Notes: generated by a model not told the origin, from the sequence alone. Counted from the stretch's first letter, positions 10,144 to 19,963 are shown. The stretch: 57,414 nt of DNA from an uncultured Clostridia bacterium (GCA_947624865.1 CANQMH010000001.1:1-57414), one strand, 5' to 3'. Numbers and translations are program-made.

Positions 10144-10869
10144 TTGGAAGTATTCAGCAAAAGTGATATTGGACTTGTCCGCACTCAAAATCAGGATGAT
10201 TGCCGCTTCGGAGTTATTTCTCCCAGCTGTGTATGGGCGGTAGTATGCGACGGTATGGGAGGTGCAAACGGCGGAAATATTGCAAGTGCAGCTGCAGTTG
10301 ATTATATAAGCACCAAAATTACCGATTTATATAAAGAAGATATGACTAAAGAGCAGATTGGCGAGCTTATGGCAGAAATAGTTGTCAATGCAAATATGAA
10401 AGTTTTTGAGCTTTCAACAACCGACCCTGAGCTTGCAGGAATGGGAACTACCTGTGAATTTGTATTTGTCAAGGATACCACAGTTCACGTTGTACATGTC
10501 GGTGACAGCCGTACATACGCAATACGAGGCGGCAAAATAAAACAGTTAACCGAAGACCATTCTGTAGTACAGGAAATGGTGCGCAGAGGTGAGCTGACAT
10601 ATGAAGAGGCACAAAATCATCCAAACAAAAACTTCATAACAAGAGCGCTCGGAATCAAGCCGTCAGTCAGGCTTGATTATATAGAAGCTAATTTTATTTA
10701 CGGCGATATTCTTCTTATTTGTACCGACGGACTTTCAAACTGCGTTTCAACAGGAGATATGGTAAAAATATGCCATGAAAACCGCGGCGAAGGACTTATA
10801 ACAAAGCTTGTTGACTGTGCAAAGGACGGCGGAGGAACCGATAACATAACAGCAACGGTTATTTATTAA
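10144..10869 (+). CDS. stp: PP2C-type Ser/Thr phosphatase (Stp1/PrpC)
   Basis: SDIGLVR..NQD, VCDGMGG, GMGTT, HVGDSR, CTDGL, GGTDNIT; TTG start after ggaggt. Confidence 0.93.
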   Translation: MEVFSKSDIGLVRTQNQDDCRFGVISPSCVWAVVCDGMGGANGGNIASAAAVDYISTKITDLYKEDMTKEQIGELMAEIVVNANMKVFELSTTDPELAGMGTTCEFVFVKDTTVHVVHVGDSRTYAIRGGKIKQLTEDHSVVQEMVRRGELTYEEAQNHPNKNFITRALGIKPSVRLDYIEANFIYGDILLICTDGLSNCVSTGDMVKICHENRGEGLITKLVDCAKDGGGTDNITATVIY

Positions 10870-10878
10870 CAGACGGGA

Positions 10879-13002
10879 GTGACTCTTTTGGATAAATATA
10901 TAGGCAAAAGACTTGACGGTCGTTATGAAATTCACGAGCTTATCGGTGTTGGCGGTATGGCAAGTGTTTATCGCTGTACCGACACAATTGATGACCGAGA
11001 GGTTGCAATAAAAATATTAAAGGATGAATATCTTAATAACGAGGAGTTTATCCGCAGATTTAAAAATGAATCAAAAGCTATTGCAATGCTTTCGCACCCT
11101 AATATTGTAAAGGTTTATGATGTAAGCTTTGGTGATATGATTCAGTACATTGTAATTGAATATATTGACGGCATTACGCTTAAAGAGTATATTGACCAGC
11201 AGGGTATTATTGAATGGAAAGACGCGCTTCATCTTACAACTCAGGTACTCAAAGCACTTCAGCACGCTCATGAATGCGGCATTGTTCACCGAGACATAAA
11301 ACCGCAGAATATAATGCTGCTTCAGGACGGTACAATAAAAGTTACCGATTTTGGTATTGCAAGATTTTCTGACAAGTCAACTCGCACAATGACTGATCAG
11401 GCAATCGGTTCTGTACATTATATTGCCCCCGAACAGGCAAGAGGAGATACAACAGACGGAAAAACAGACATTTACTCCGTGGGAGTAATGCTTTATGAAA
11501 TGCTTACAGGCAAGCTTCCGTTTGACGGTGACAGTGCGGTGTCTGTTGCACTTATGCAGCTTCAGTCAACTCCTAAGCGTCTTAGAGAAATCAATCCCGG
11601 AATACCGATAGGTCTTGAACAAATTACAATGAAGGCAATGCAGAAGACACCGTCGGAACGCTATACTTCTGCGGCAGAAATGCTAAGTGATATTGAACGT
11701 TTTCGTCTTAATCCGTCAATTGTGTTTGATTACGGTTCATCATTTGTCGATAATCAGCCTACAAAATTTGTTGGTTCTCTCAAGGATGCAAAAAAATCGG
11801 AAACAAAGCAGTTAATTAAAAATGAAACATCTTCCGATAATGAGGAAAATAACGATGATGACAGCGATAATTATATAAAAGAGCACAAGCCGTCATATTA
11901 TGCCGTTAAGGGTATTTTGATTGCGGCGGTGGCAGTATGTGCATTGTTCTTTTTGCTTGCAATATTCAGAGGCTGCAATTCAGCGCAGGCAAAGGATGTT
12001 CAGGTTCCTGACTTTATAGGAAAGACTCTTGTTGAAGCAAAAGAGAATAACCCCAATAATTTTGTTTTTGAGATAAAAAGCAAATACGACGAATCAAAAG
12101 AAATGGGAGTTATCCTTAATCAGGATCCCGCTCCCGATTCAATGAAAGTAAAAACAGGCTCAACAATTACTCTCACTGTAAACGGCACCGATACAGAGGT
12201 TTCTGTTCCGTTTGTAACAAATTACAGCGAAAAGGAAGCTATGCAGGCATTAAGAGATAAAAATCTTATGCCGGAAGTGGTTTATGTTGAAAACACAAAA
12301 ACACCCAAGGGATACACAATAGAAACTTTCCCTAAAGCCGGCGTTAAGTCAACAATTGGCTCAACCGTCTATATTTATATTGCCAACGGCGCAAGAACCG
12401 AGCAGGTTACTTTACCGTCGGTAACAGGTCTTATGTTATCAGAGGCTAAAACTCAGCTTGAATCACTTGAACTTACGGTAGAAGTGCAGTATGACGATGA
12501 AAGCAAAGAACCTAAGGACACCGTTTTGGGAATGTCACCACTCCAGTACGGAAAGATTGACAAAGGAACTGTTGTAACGCTTAGTGTAAGTTCGGGCGAG
12601 GGAGATAAGAATACAGTAAATGTATTTGTTGATTTGCCGTCAAATACAAAAAATTCGGTAGAAATGACAGTAATTGTTGACGGTGTTGTCGACACAAAGT
12701 ATTCAAAAACACTTGTCCCGATGTATAATAAAACCTGTACGCTGGAATTTACGGGTTCAGGTACTTCAACGGTTGTTGTACAGCTTGACGGTCAGGTTTA
12801 CCGTGAATATACCATTGACTTTTCAACATCAACCGTTAATACAACAAAAACATATGAATATGTTGTTCCAACAACAGCCCCGACGCAAGAGCCTGAACCA
12901 GAACCAACATATCAGACGGATCCTGAACCTGAACCAACATATCAGACTGATCCCGAACCGCCCACAGACGGAGAGATAACAAACGGAATTGAAGAAAGAT
13001 GA
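10879..13002 (+). CDS. pknB: PASTA-domain Ser/Thr kinase (Stk1/PknB/PrkC)
   Basis: GVGGMASVY, VAIK, HRDIKPQN, DFG, APE; TM helix; three PASTA-like repeats; start may be GTG 10879 or TTG 10888. Confidence 0.95.
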   Translation: MTLLDKYIGKRLDGRYEIHELIGVGGMASVYRCTDTIDDREVAIKILKDEYLNNEEFIRRFKNESKAIAMLSHPNIVKVYDVSFGDMIQYIVIEYIDGITLKEYIDQQGIIEWKDALHLTTQVLKALQHAHECGIVHRDIKPQNIMLLQDGTIKVTDFGIARFSDKSTRTMTDQAIGSVHYIAPEQARGDTTDGKTDIYSVGVMLYEMLTGKLPFDGDSAVSVALMQLQSTPKRLREINPGIPIGLEQITMKAMQKTPSERYTSAAEMLSDIERFRLNPSIVFDYGSSFVDNQPTKFVGSLKDAKKSETKQLIKNETSSDNEENNDDDSDNYIKEHKPSYYAVKGILIAAVAVCALFFLLAIFRGCNSAQAKDVQVPDFIGKTLVEAKENNPNNFVFEIKSKYDESKEMGVILNQDPAPDSMKVKTGSTITLTVNGTDTEVSVPFVTNYSEKEAMQALRDKNLMPEVVYVENTKTPKGYTIETFPKAGVKSTIGSTVYIYIANGARTEQVTLPSVTGLMLSEAKTQLESLELTVEVQYDDESKEPKDTVLGMSPLQYGKIDKGTVVTLSVSSGEGDKNTVNVFVDLPSNTKNSVEMTVIVDGVVDTKYSKTLVPMYNKTCTLEFTGSGTSTVVVQLDGQVYREYTIDFSTSTVNTTKTYEYVVPTTAPTQEPEPEPTYQTDPEPEPTYQTDPEPPTDGEITNGIEER
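12892..12960 (+). repeat. 30-bp tandem repeat (about 2.3 copies) encoding PEPEPTYQTD in the PknB tail
   Basis: cctgaaccagaaccaacatatcagacggat / cctgaacctgaaccaacatatcagactgat / cccgaaccg. Confidence 0.9.
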
Positions 13003-13886
13003 ATACTCTACAGGGGATTTTAATGAAATCAATAGGCGGATTTTACTATGTCCGCTGCAATAATACTGATTATGAATGTAAAGCAAGAGGAAGCTTTCGC
13101 AAAAGCGGAAGCTCTCCTGTTGTCGGCGACAGAGTAACTATAAGCGTACCCGATGAAGGCTATGCGGCAATTGAAGAGATTTTGCCGCGCAAAAACAAAC
13201 TCAAACGTCCTGCGCTCGCCAACATAGACGCACTTGTAATTGTTTGCTCCACAGTTGATCCTGCACCGAATTTTACTGTCATTGATAAAATGACTGCGGC
13301 CGCTGTGAATAACGATATGACGCCGGTGATTGCGGTATCAAAAAACGATCTGCAAAACGGCGATGAAATTGCCGAAATTTACAGAAAATCAGGAATAGAT
13401 GTATTTCAATGTTCACATCAGGACGCCTGCGGCGCAGAGAAACTTAAAAACTTTCTGCGCAGTAAGGTGTCAGCATTTACGGGAAACAGCGGAGTCGGCA
13501 AATCAACCTTGCTAAATATGCTTTTTCCGAACCTCGAACTTGAAACCGGCAATATAAGTCAGAAACTCGGCCGCGGAAGACATACCACAAGAGTTGTTGA
13601 GCTTTTTGAGATTGACGGATGCTTTGTTGCAGATACGCCGGGATTTTCAACTGTTGATTTGCAGAGATATGAAATGATTGACAAATCCCAGTTACAGTAT
13701 TGTTTCCCTGAGTTTGAAAAGTATCTTGGAAAATGTCAGTTTACTTCCTGTGCTCATATATGTGAAAAGGGATGCAGGATATTAGATGCTGTAAAGGACG
13801 GAGAAATTCAGCCTACCCGACATCGCAGTTACGTGACAATGTACAACGAGGTAAAGGATATAAAATCATGGCAGATTAAGGAGTAA
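12999..13886 (+). CDS. rsgA: Ribosome small subunit-dependent GTPase RsgA
   Basis: PVVGDRV, GNSGVGKS, GRHTT, DTPGF, CQF..C.H..E.GC. Confidence 0.95.
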   Translation: MNTLQGILMKSIGGFYYVRCNNTDYECKARGSFRKSGSSPVVGDRVTISVPDEGYAAIEEILPRKNKLKRPALANIDALVIVCSTVDPAPNFTVIDKMTAAAVNNDMTPVIAVSKNDLQNGDEIAEIYRKSGIDVFQCSHQDACGAEKLKNFLRSKVSAFTGNSGVGKSTLLNMLFPNLELETGNISQKLGRGRHTTRVVELFEIDGCFVADTPGFSTVDLQRYEMIDKSQLQYCFPEFEKYLGKCQFTSCAHICEKGCRILDAVKDGEIQPTRHRSYVTMYNEVKDIKSWQIKE

Positions 13887-13889
13887 ATA

Positions 13890-14525
13890 ATGCGCTGTGT
13901 AATTATTGCAGGTTCACCCGATACAAATATCAGCTTTATAAAACGCACCGTTAAAGAAAGTGATTTTGTTATTTGTGCAGACAGAGGATATTCTTTTGCA
14001 AAAGATGCAGGCATAATGCCTGATGTTGTTGTGGGTGACTTTGATTCCTGTAATGAAGAATTACAGACAGAATGCGAGGTTGTGCGCCTTAATCCCAAAA
14101 AAGATGATACAGACACCATTCATTCAATTGATATTGCCTTTGACCGCGGATACAGCGATATTGTGCTTTTAGGTGCACTCGGCGGCAGACTTGACCATAC
14201 TTATGCCTGTATTTGCGCGCTTGAGCATATACATTTAAAAGGGGGCAAAGGAGTTTTGCTTTCTGAGAATGAATATGTAGAGTTTCTGTCTGTTGGAGAG
14301 CATATCTACAGCGGATACTGCGGAAAAACATTTTCTCTGTTCCCGTTTGGATGCGAAAAGGTTTGTGTTTCGTATGTCGGAGCGGAGTATCCGCTTGACA
14401 AAGGCTGTCTTAACAGCAGTTTTCCAATGGGCGTGTCAAATATATTTAATCAGAATGAATGTAAAATAAGAATTTATAACGGAAATGCAATAATTATAAT
14501 TAATTTGTCAGAAACTTTGAATTAA
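13890..14525 (+). CDS. thiN: Thiamine pyrophosphokinase
   Basis: CADRG, VGDFDS, KDDTDT, GALGGRLDH, GVSN. Confidence 0.93.
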   Translation: MRCVIIAGSPDTNISFIKRTVKESDFVICADRGYSFAKDAGIMPDVVVGDFDSCNEELQTECEVVRLNPKKDDTDTIHSIDIAFDRGYSDIVLLGALGGRLDHTYACICALEHIHLKGGKGVLLSENEYVEFLSVGEHIYSGYCGKTFSLFPFGCEKVCVSYVGAEYPLDKGCLNSSFPMGVSNIFNQNECKIRIYNGNAIIIINLSETLN

Positions 14526-14606
14526 AAAATATTTTATTTTTAATATTCTTTTATAAAAGCAAAAAGAATGTATATTGTGTATAATAATCTATATATAACT
14601 TTATAT

Positions 14607-14682
14607 GGGGGTATAGCTCAGCTGGGAGAGTGTTTGACTGGCAGTCAAAAGGTCACGGGTTCGAGCCCCGTTATCTCCACCA
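14607..14682 (+). tRNA. tRNA-Ala(GGC)
   Basis: 76-nt cloverleaf GGGGGTA...TATCTCCACCA, G3:U70 pair, anticodon loop CT-GGC-AG, TTCGA T-loop, encoded CCA. Confidence 0.95.
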
Positions 14683-14761
14683 AGAATTTAAAAAAGCGTA
14701 TTTTCTAAAATATTGCAGTTTTTCTATAACAAAACTGTAATTAAAATGACACTCTTAAATC

Positions 14762-14791
14762 TTGAAAAGAATAATAGCATTGTGTTATAAT
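14762..14791 (+). promoter_or_regulatory. SigA promoter for the pseudokinase gene
   Basis: TTGAAA-18 nt-TATAAT with TG extended -10. Confidence 0.55.
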
Positions 14792-14843
14792 TCTTTTCAG
14801 ACAATAATGTTTTCTGAAAATTATTTTGGAGTTGAAAAATTGT

Positions 14844-16478
14844 ATGTCATTGTGTATGGGTTGTATGCAGGAAATCGGCAATAACAAGATTTGTCCTGCG
14901 TGCGGTTTTAATAATTCTGATAAACAGAGTTCACCGTTTTTGCCTTACGGAACAGTTCTTTCAAACAGATATATTATAGGAGCCGGTATAGATACAAACG
15001 GTGAAAGTACACGCTACATCAGCTTTGACAAGCAGACCGGCGATGTTGTAATAGTATGTGAGTTTTTGCCTATAGGACTTTTCAGCCGTGAAGAAGGTAC
15101 GTGCGAAGTAAAAATTAACTATGAAAACCGCCTTTCATATAACAAACTCAAAGATGGATTTATAAATTATTACCGCATACTCTCAGAACTCAGAGAGCTT
15201 TCGGCTCTGATGAACATACACAATATATTTGAAGAGAACAACACCGTTTATGTTGTTGAAGAAAACGAAGACCTTATTCCGTTTGAAGAGTATGTTGAAA
15301 GAAGCGGAGGCAGCCTTGAATGGGACATTGCGCGCCCTCTGTTTATGCCTGTTATTTCCGCACTTGAGGCAATGCATAAACGCGGAATAGGACACTATGC
15401 AATTGCGCCCAAGAATATGTATATTACATCTTCGGGAAAAATAAAAATATCGGCTTTTGCAACTGAAAACGAGCGCAAACGCGGAACTGCGCTGAAATCT
15501 CAGTTGTTTTCAGGCGCGGCTGCTCCAGAGCAATATGATAACAATTTTCCGCTTGATGATATAACAGATATTTACTGCTTCTGCGCTACGCTGTTTTTTG
15601 CACTTACAGGTCATCTTCCCAAAAGTGCGCCAGAGCGCCGCAAGGACAGCAGACTTCTTATGAGTACGACAACCGTAAAAAGACTTCCGCCTCACGTCGT
15701 TTCGGCTCTTGCAAACGGCTTGCAGGTCGATCGTGAAAACAGAATTACCGATTTTGACGAGCTTCGTTCACAGCTTTCGGTTGCTCATACAGCAAAAGCA
15801 ATTCAGGATGAAATATCCAGAACGGCAAGTATGAATATTGCCAGAGGAGAACGCAGCAGAAAAGGCAAGAACGGAATGTCAAACACGTCAATACTTATAA
15901 TTGCTTCTGCAATTACCGTGCTTGTTCTTGGCATAGCAGGAGTATTCTGGCTTATGCAGAATCCGCTTGCAGGAATGTTCGGCAGCAATACTTCAGGTAC
16001 GGAGACATCAACTCAGAGTACTGAATGGACAGGAGCCACAATTCCCAACTATGTCGGAATGAAGTATGACGATGTGCTTAAAGGCAGTCAGGCTGATTCG
16101 ACTATTACTGTCTATAGAAATTATACAGATGAATACAGCGATGAATTTGCTGAAGGAACTGTTATGTTACAAAATCCCCCGGCAGGTTCAAAGATAACTC
16201 AGGAGGACAGCATAGTAGTAAGTATTACTGTCAGCAAGGGTTCGCAAATGAGAGAGCTTCCAAAAGTTGAAGGATTAAAGCTTGATGAAGCGGCTTCCGA
16301 TATTGCATCTCAGGGACTTCTTGCAACGGCTGAATACCAATATAGTAACACGGTTGCGGAAAACAGAGTTATCGGATACAAAAACCATCAGGTCGGAGAT
16401 ACGCTTGAATACGGTACAAACGTTACTATAATAGTCAGCAAAGGAAAAGAACCTAAGCCTACAACTAACAGTAATTAA
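14844..16478 (+). CDS. Zinc-ribbon + Ser/Thr kinase-like (pseudokinase) + TM + PASTA protein
   Basis: N-terminal CMGC...CPAC; kinase-fold motifs (NNTVYVV, APEQY, TDIY) but VAIK->VIVC, HRD->HYA, DFG->SAF; TM helix then two PASTA-like repeats. Confidence 0.85.
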   Translation: MSLCMGCMQEIGNNKICPACGFNNSDKQSSPFLPYGTVLSNRYIIGAGIDTNGESTRYISFDKQTGDVVIVCEFLPIGLFSREEGTCEVKINYENRLSYNKLKDGFINYYRILSELRELSALMNIHNIFEENNTVYVVEENEDLIPFEEYVERSGGSLEWDIARPLFMPVISALEAMHKRGIGHYAIAPKNMYITSSGKIKISAFATENERKRGTALKSQLFSGAAAPEQYDNNFPLDDITDIYCFCATLFFALTGHLPKSAPERRKDSRLLMSTTTVKRLPPHVVSALANGLQVDRENRITDFDELRSQLSVAHTAKAIQDEISRTASMNIARGERSRKGKNGMSNTSILIIASAITVLVLGIAGVFWLMQNPLAGMFGSNTSGTETSTQSTEWTGATIPNYVGMKYDDVLKGSQADSTITVYRNYTDEYSDEFAEGTVMLQNPPAGSKITQEDSIVVSITVSKGSQMRELPKVEGLKLDEAASDIASQGLLATAEYQYSNTVAENRVIGYKNHQVGDTLEYGTNVTIIVSKGKEPKPTTNSN

Positions 16479-16490
16479 TAATAAAATTTG

Positions 16491-16530
16491 AGCCTCTGTT
16501 AAGTTATAAACTTAAACAGAGGCTTTGTTT
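16491..16530. terminator. Hairpin between convergent pseudokinase and XRE genes
   Basis: agcctctgtt...aacagaggct stem overlapping the XRE stop codon. Confidence 0.65.
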
Positions 16531-17186
16531 TGCGCGATATTTTTAATATTTCGCTCGGAATATTGAATAAGATTAAACAGCGAGGACGCTCCCTTATCAA
16601 AATATGTGGAAATAACGTCAGGGGAAAGAGGAAGAGAAAGCTCGTTGTTTTCTATCAGAGCGTCAATCATTTCAAGGTCAACAAGCATAGAAGCGGAAGT
16701 AAGATTTTTGTACCTGTTCCTGTCAACCGAAAACATAGTCTGAGAGTTGTTTTCCTCAGCACAGTAAATCGTTCTGAAAATCTGATATTGCGCGCACATA
16801 AGATAATTACTTACTGAGTTAGTCAGCTTTTTGTTTCCTATCTGGGCAAGCAAATCAAAAATAACAGTTGTTGTATTCATAAGAAGTTTTTTGTTAATCT
16901 GATTAATCATATGTCCTTTTAAATGTCTGATTTCATCACTTTCAGGAAGGTCGTCAGATGTAATAGAGGCAAGTCTGCGCTGAACGGTTCTGCCAAGTAG
17001 ATAATCGCACGAAACCTCATAATATTCAGCCATTTTAACAAGAAAATCAAGTCCGCATTCGCGAATCCCCTTTTCGTAGTGCGACAGCAGTGCCTGAGAA
17101 ATTTCCAAATCAGCCGCAACCTGTTTTTGGCTTAGTCCACGCTCTTTTCTTAAAAATGTAATAATTCTCGGAAAATCGTTATCCAA
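16512..17186 (-). CDS. XRE-family helix-turn-helix transcriptional regulator
   Basis: LRKERGLSQKQVAADLEISQALLSHYEKG..., SCDYLLGR; TTG start after gaggtg RBS. Confidence 0.85.
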   Translation of the reverse strand: MDNDFPRIITFLRKERGLSQKQVAADLEISQALLSHYEKGIRECGLDFLVKMAEYYEVSCDYLLGRTVQRRLASITSDDLPESDEIRHLKGHMINQINKKLLMNTTTVIFDLLAQIGNKKLTNSVSNYLMCAQYQIFRTIYCAEENNSQTMFSVDRNRYKNLTSASMLVDLEMIDALIENNELSLPLSPDVISTYFDKGASSLFNLIQYSERNIKNIAQNKASV

Positions 17187-17345
17187 AACTTGACACCTCA
17201 ATTTCTTAGATAGTATAATATTACCGCATACGGCACGCCTATCAGAATAACTTGTGCTGTCGGCATATAAGCTGCTTCGGCAACAAATATTACATTAAGT
17301 ATAATATATTTATTACCATTTGTAAATAAAAAAACGGAGAATTTT

Positions 17346-17972
17346 ATGAAATCATACGTAATTCACTTTATACGTCACGGTTCAATTGACGAAACACTTT
17401 CAGGAAAATATATCGGAACAACTGACGTTTCATTGTCCGATAAGGGAAGAATGGACTTAAAAAAGCTTGATTATGAATACAGATATCCCGGCACACAGGT
17501 AGTATTTACAAGTCCACTCAAGCGCTGTACGGAAACCTGCAAAATACTTTATCCCGAACAAAATCCTCTTTCAATTCCTGCTTTATCCGAATGTAATTTC
17601 GGAGAGTGGGAAGGTAAAACCGCAGATGAATTGAAGTCTGACCCCGATTTTGAAAAATGGCTTGCAGGCGACAGTTCTGTAAAACCGCCAAGGGGAGAGA
17701 GCAACGCTGACTTTACCAGACGTATTTGCAGAATGTTTGAAAGTATCGTTGAGGGTTTGATGAAAACAGGAACAACAGAAAGCGTTATTGTAACGCACGG
17801 CGGTGTAATTATGACGCTTCTTGCAGTTTACGGACTTCCGCAGGCAAAACCTTTTGAATGGACTATGGATAACGGTTTCGGATATTCGCTTAGAATAACT
17901 CCTATGCTGTGGCAGCGTGATAAGGTATGTGAGGTGTTTGCCACGTTGCCCTATGAAAAAGGAAATAAATGA
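17346..17972 (+). CDS. Histidine phosphatase superfamily protein (CobC/PGAM-like)
   Basis: IRHG, SPLKRC.ET, E.NFGEWEG, PP.GES, VTHGGVI. Confidence 0.9.
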   Translation: MKSYVIHFIRHGSIDETLSGKYIGTTDVSLSDKGRMDLKKLDYEYRYPGTQVVFTSPLKRCTETCKILYPEQNPLSIPALSECNFGEWEGKTADELKSDPDFEKWLAGDSSVKPPRGESNADFTRRICRMFESIVEGLMKTGTTESVIVTHGGVIMTLLAVYGLPQAKPFEWTMDNGFGYSLRITPMLWQRDKVCEVFATLPYEKGNK

Positions 17973-18065
17973 CTTTTTTGTTAAATTGTAGCATATTTTA
18001 CAATTTTTCACACGTTAATGTGCAATAATATCTGTGTAAATATAATTATATAAGGAGATTATCAT

Positions 18066-19136
18066 ATGGCAGACTATAAAATTACATTGCTCAAGGGCGA
18101 CGGAATAGGCCCTGAAATTGTTAATCAGGCAGTAAAGGTTCTTGACAAAGCAGGAGAAAAGTTCGGTTTCTCGGTTGAATATGACGAGGCTTTGCTCGGC
18201 GGATGCGCTATTGACGCAACAGGAGTTCCGCTTCCTGATGAAACAGTTGCAAAGTGTGAGGCGTCCGACAGCGTTTTGCTCGGAGCAGTAGGCGGACCAA
18301 AATGGGATACATTGCCCGGAAATATTCGTCCTGAAGCAGGACTTCTCGGAATCAGAGGAGCGCTCGGTCTTTTTGCAAATCTTCGCCCGTCCGTAATCTT
18401 TGGACCTTTAAAGAGTGCGTCTCCGATTAAGGATGAAATCATAGGCGGAAACCTTGATATAATGATTGTAAGAGAGCTTACAGGCGGCATTTACTTCGGT
18501 GAGCGCGGAAGAAAAGAGGTTGACGGGCAGCCGGCAGCTTGGGATACGGAAATGTACACCGTAGCAGAGATTGAAAGAATTGCCCGCGTGGCATTTGATC
18601 TCGCGATGAAGAGAAACAAAAAACTCACCAGTGTTGACAAGGCAAACGTACTTGAGTCCTCACGCCTTTGGAGAGAAACCGTAATAAAGGTGTCAAAGGA
18701 TTATCCTGAAGTTGAGCTCAATCATCTTTATGTTGACAACTGTGCAATGCAGCTTGTAAGAAATCCCGGTCAGTTTGATGTAATTGTTACTTCAAACATC
18801 TTCGGCGACATTTTGTCGGATGAAGCTTCTATGATTGCCGGTTCAATCGGAATGTTAGCTTCGGCAAGTCTGGCAGGAGAAAAGTTCGGTCTTTATGAGC
18901 CGATTCACGGCTCTGCACCCGATATTGCAGGACTTGGCATTGCAAATCCTCTTGCAACTATTCTTTCTGTTGCAATGATGCTCCGCTATTCTCTCAATCA
19001 GGGTGAAGCGGCAGACGCAATTGAAGCTGCAGTTGCTAAAGTGCTTGAAACATACCGCACTCCTGATATATATGAAGACGGAATGACAAAGGTTAGCTGT
19101 GAAGAAATGGGCGACCTTGTCTGCAAAGCACTTTAA
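18066..19136 (+). CDS. leuB: 3-isopropylmalate dehydrogenase
   Basis: [62 protein letters not shown]. Confidence 0.96.
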   Translation: MADYKITLLKGDGIGPEIVNQAVKVLDKAGEKFGFSVEYDEALLGGCAIDATGVPLPDETVAKCEASDSVLLGAVGGPKWDTLPGNIRPEAGLLGIRGALGLFANLRPSVIFGPLKSASPIKDEIIGGNLDIMIVRELTGGIYFGERGRKEVDGQPAAWDTEMYTVAEIERIARVAFDLAMKRNKKLTSVDKANVLESSRLWRETVIKVSKDYPEVELNHLYVDNCAMQLVRNPGQFDVIVTSNIFGDILSDEASMIAGSIGMLASASLAGEKFGLYEPIHGSAPDIAGLGIANPLATILSVAMMLRYSLNQGEAADAIEAAVAKVLETYRTPDIYEDGMTKVSCEEMGDLVCKAL

Positions 19137-19149
19137 TCAGGTGATTCAA

Positions 19150-19875
19150 ATGCAGTTTTATGATATGCACTCTCACATATTGCCTGAATTTGATGACGGG
19201 GCAAAATCAGTTGATGAAAGCATTTCAATGCTCGATTGCTTAAAAAAGCAAAACGTTACAAATGTTTGTTTCACGCCTCATTTCTATACAAATGAAATGA
19301 GCGCAGTGGATTTTGTTGAAAAGCGCAGAGAGGCTTATGAAAAGTTTCTGCCGCATAAGCCTGATGATATGAACATTGTTCTCGGAACAGAGGTATATGT
19401 AACAAAATTTCTGTTCAGCAATGATGATTTATCAGAACTGACCTATGGAAAATCAAAGTATATTCTCACCGAGTACAGCTATGGTTCTTCTTTTTCGGAT
19501 AAAACTATGAATTATTTTTATATGCTTATAGAAAACCACGAATTAATTCCTGTTTTACCGCACGTTGAGCGCTATTCAGCCCTGATGAATGACCCGTCGC
19601 TAATTCGTGAATTACAGGATATGGGCGTTATAATTCAGACAAATGCCTGCAATTATGTAAAAAAATCTTCAGTTTTTAAAAGAAGAAAGCTTTTGAAGCT
19701 GATTAACGAAGGTTGCATAGATATACTCGGAACAGATGCACATTCATTTACTCACAATACGCCTGAGGCTTATTCTCAGGCGGTGGAATGTATTAAAAGT
19801 AAATGCGGAAGCCATGTATTAAAAAGAATGATGGATACTGCTGCAAAAATATTTAACAGTGCCGCCCAGCAATAA
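19150..19875 (+). CDS. CpsB/CapC/YwqE-type PHP protein-tyrosine phosphatase
   Basis: DMHSHILP..DDGA, FTPH, HVERY, GTDAH. Confidence 0.88.
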   Translation: MQFYDMHSHILPEFDDGAKSVDESISMLDCLKKQNVTNVCFTPHFYTNEMSAVDFVEKRREAYEKFLPHKPDDMNIVLGTEVYVTKFLFSNDDLSELTYGKSKYILTEYSYGSSFSDKTMNYFYMLIENHELIPVLPHVERYSALMNDPSLIRELQDMGVIIQTNACNYVKKSSVFKRRKLLKLINEGCIDILGTDAHSFTHNTPEAYSQAVECIKSKCGSHVLKRMMDTAAKIFNSAAQQ

Positions 19876-19903
19876 GACCTGCCTGAAAGGCAGGTCATTT
19901 TTT
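19876..19903 (+). terminator. Intrinsic terminator
   Basis: gacctgcct-gaa-aggcaggtc followed by a T tract. Confidence 0.85.
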
Positions 19904-19963
19904 ACAGATAGCACATATATAAACGTAACTTCATCATATATTTGTGAATGAGGTGTTTTATAT

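Noticed and set aside
14844-16478. Calling the second kinase-like gene a pseudogene
   Set aside because: The ORF is intact with promoter, RBS, TM and PASTA domains; only catalytic residues are substituted
17973-18065. T-box or attenuator upstream of leuB
   Set aside because: The spacer is only about 90 nt, with no T-box AAGGTGGCACC-like motif and no terminator
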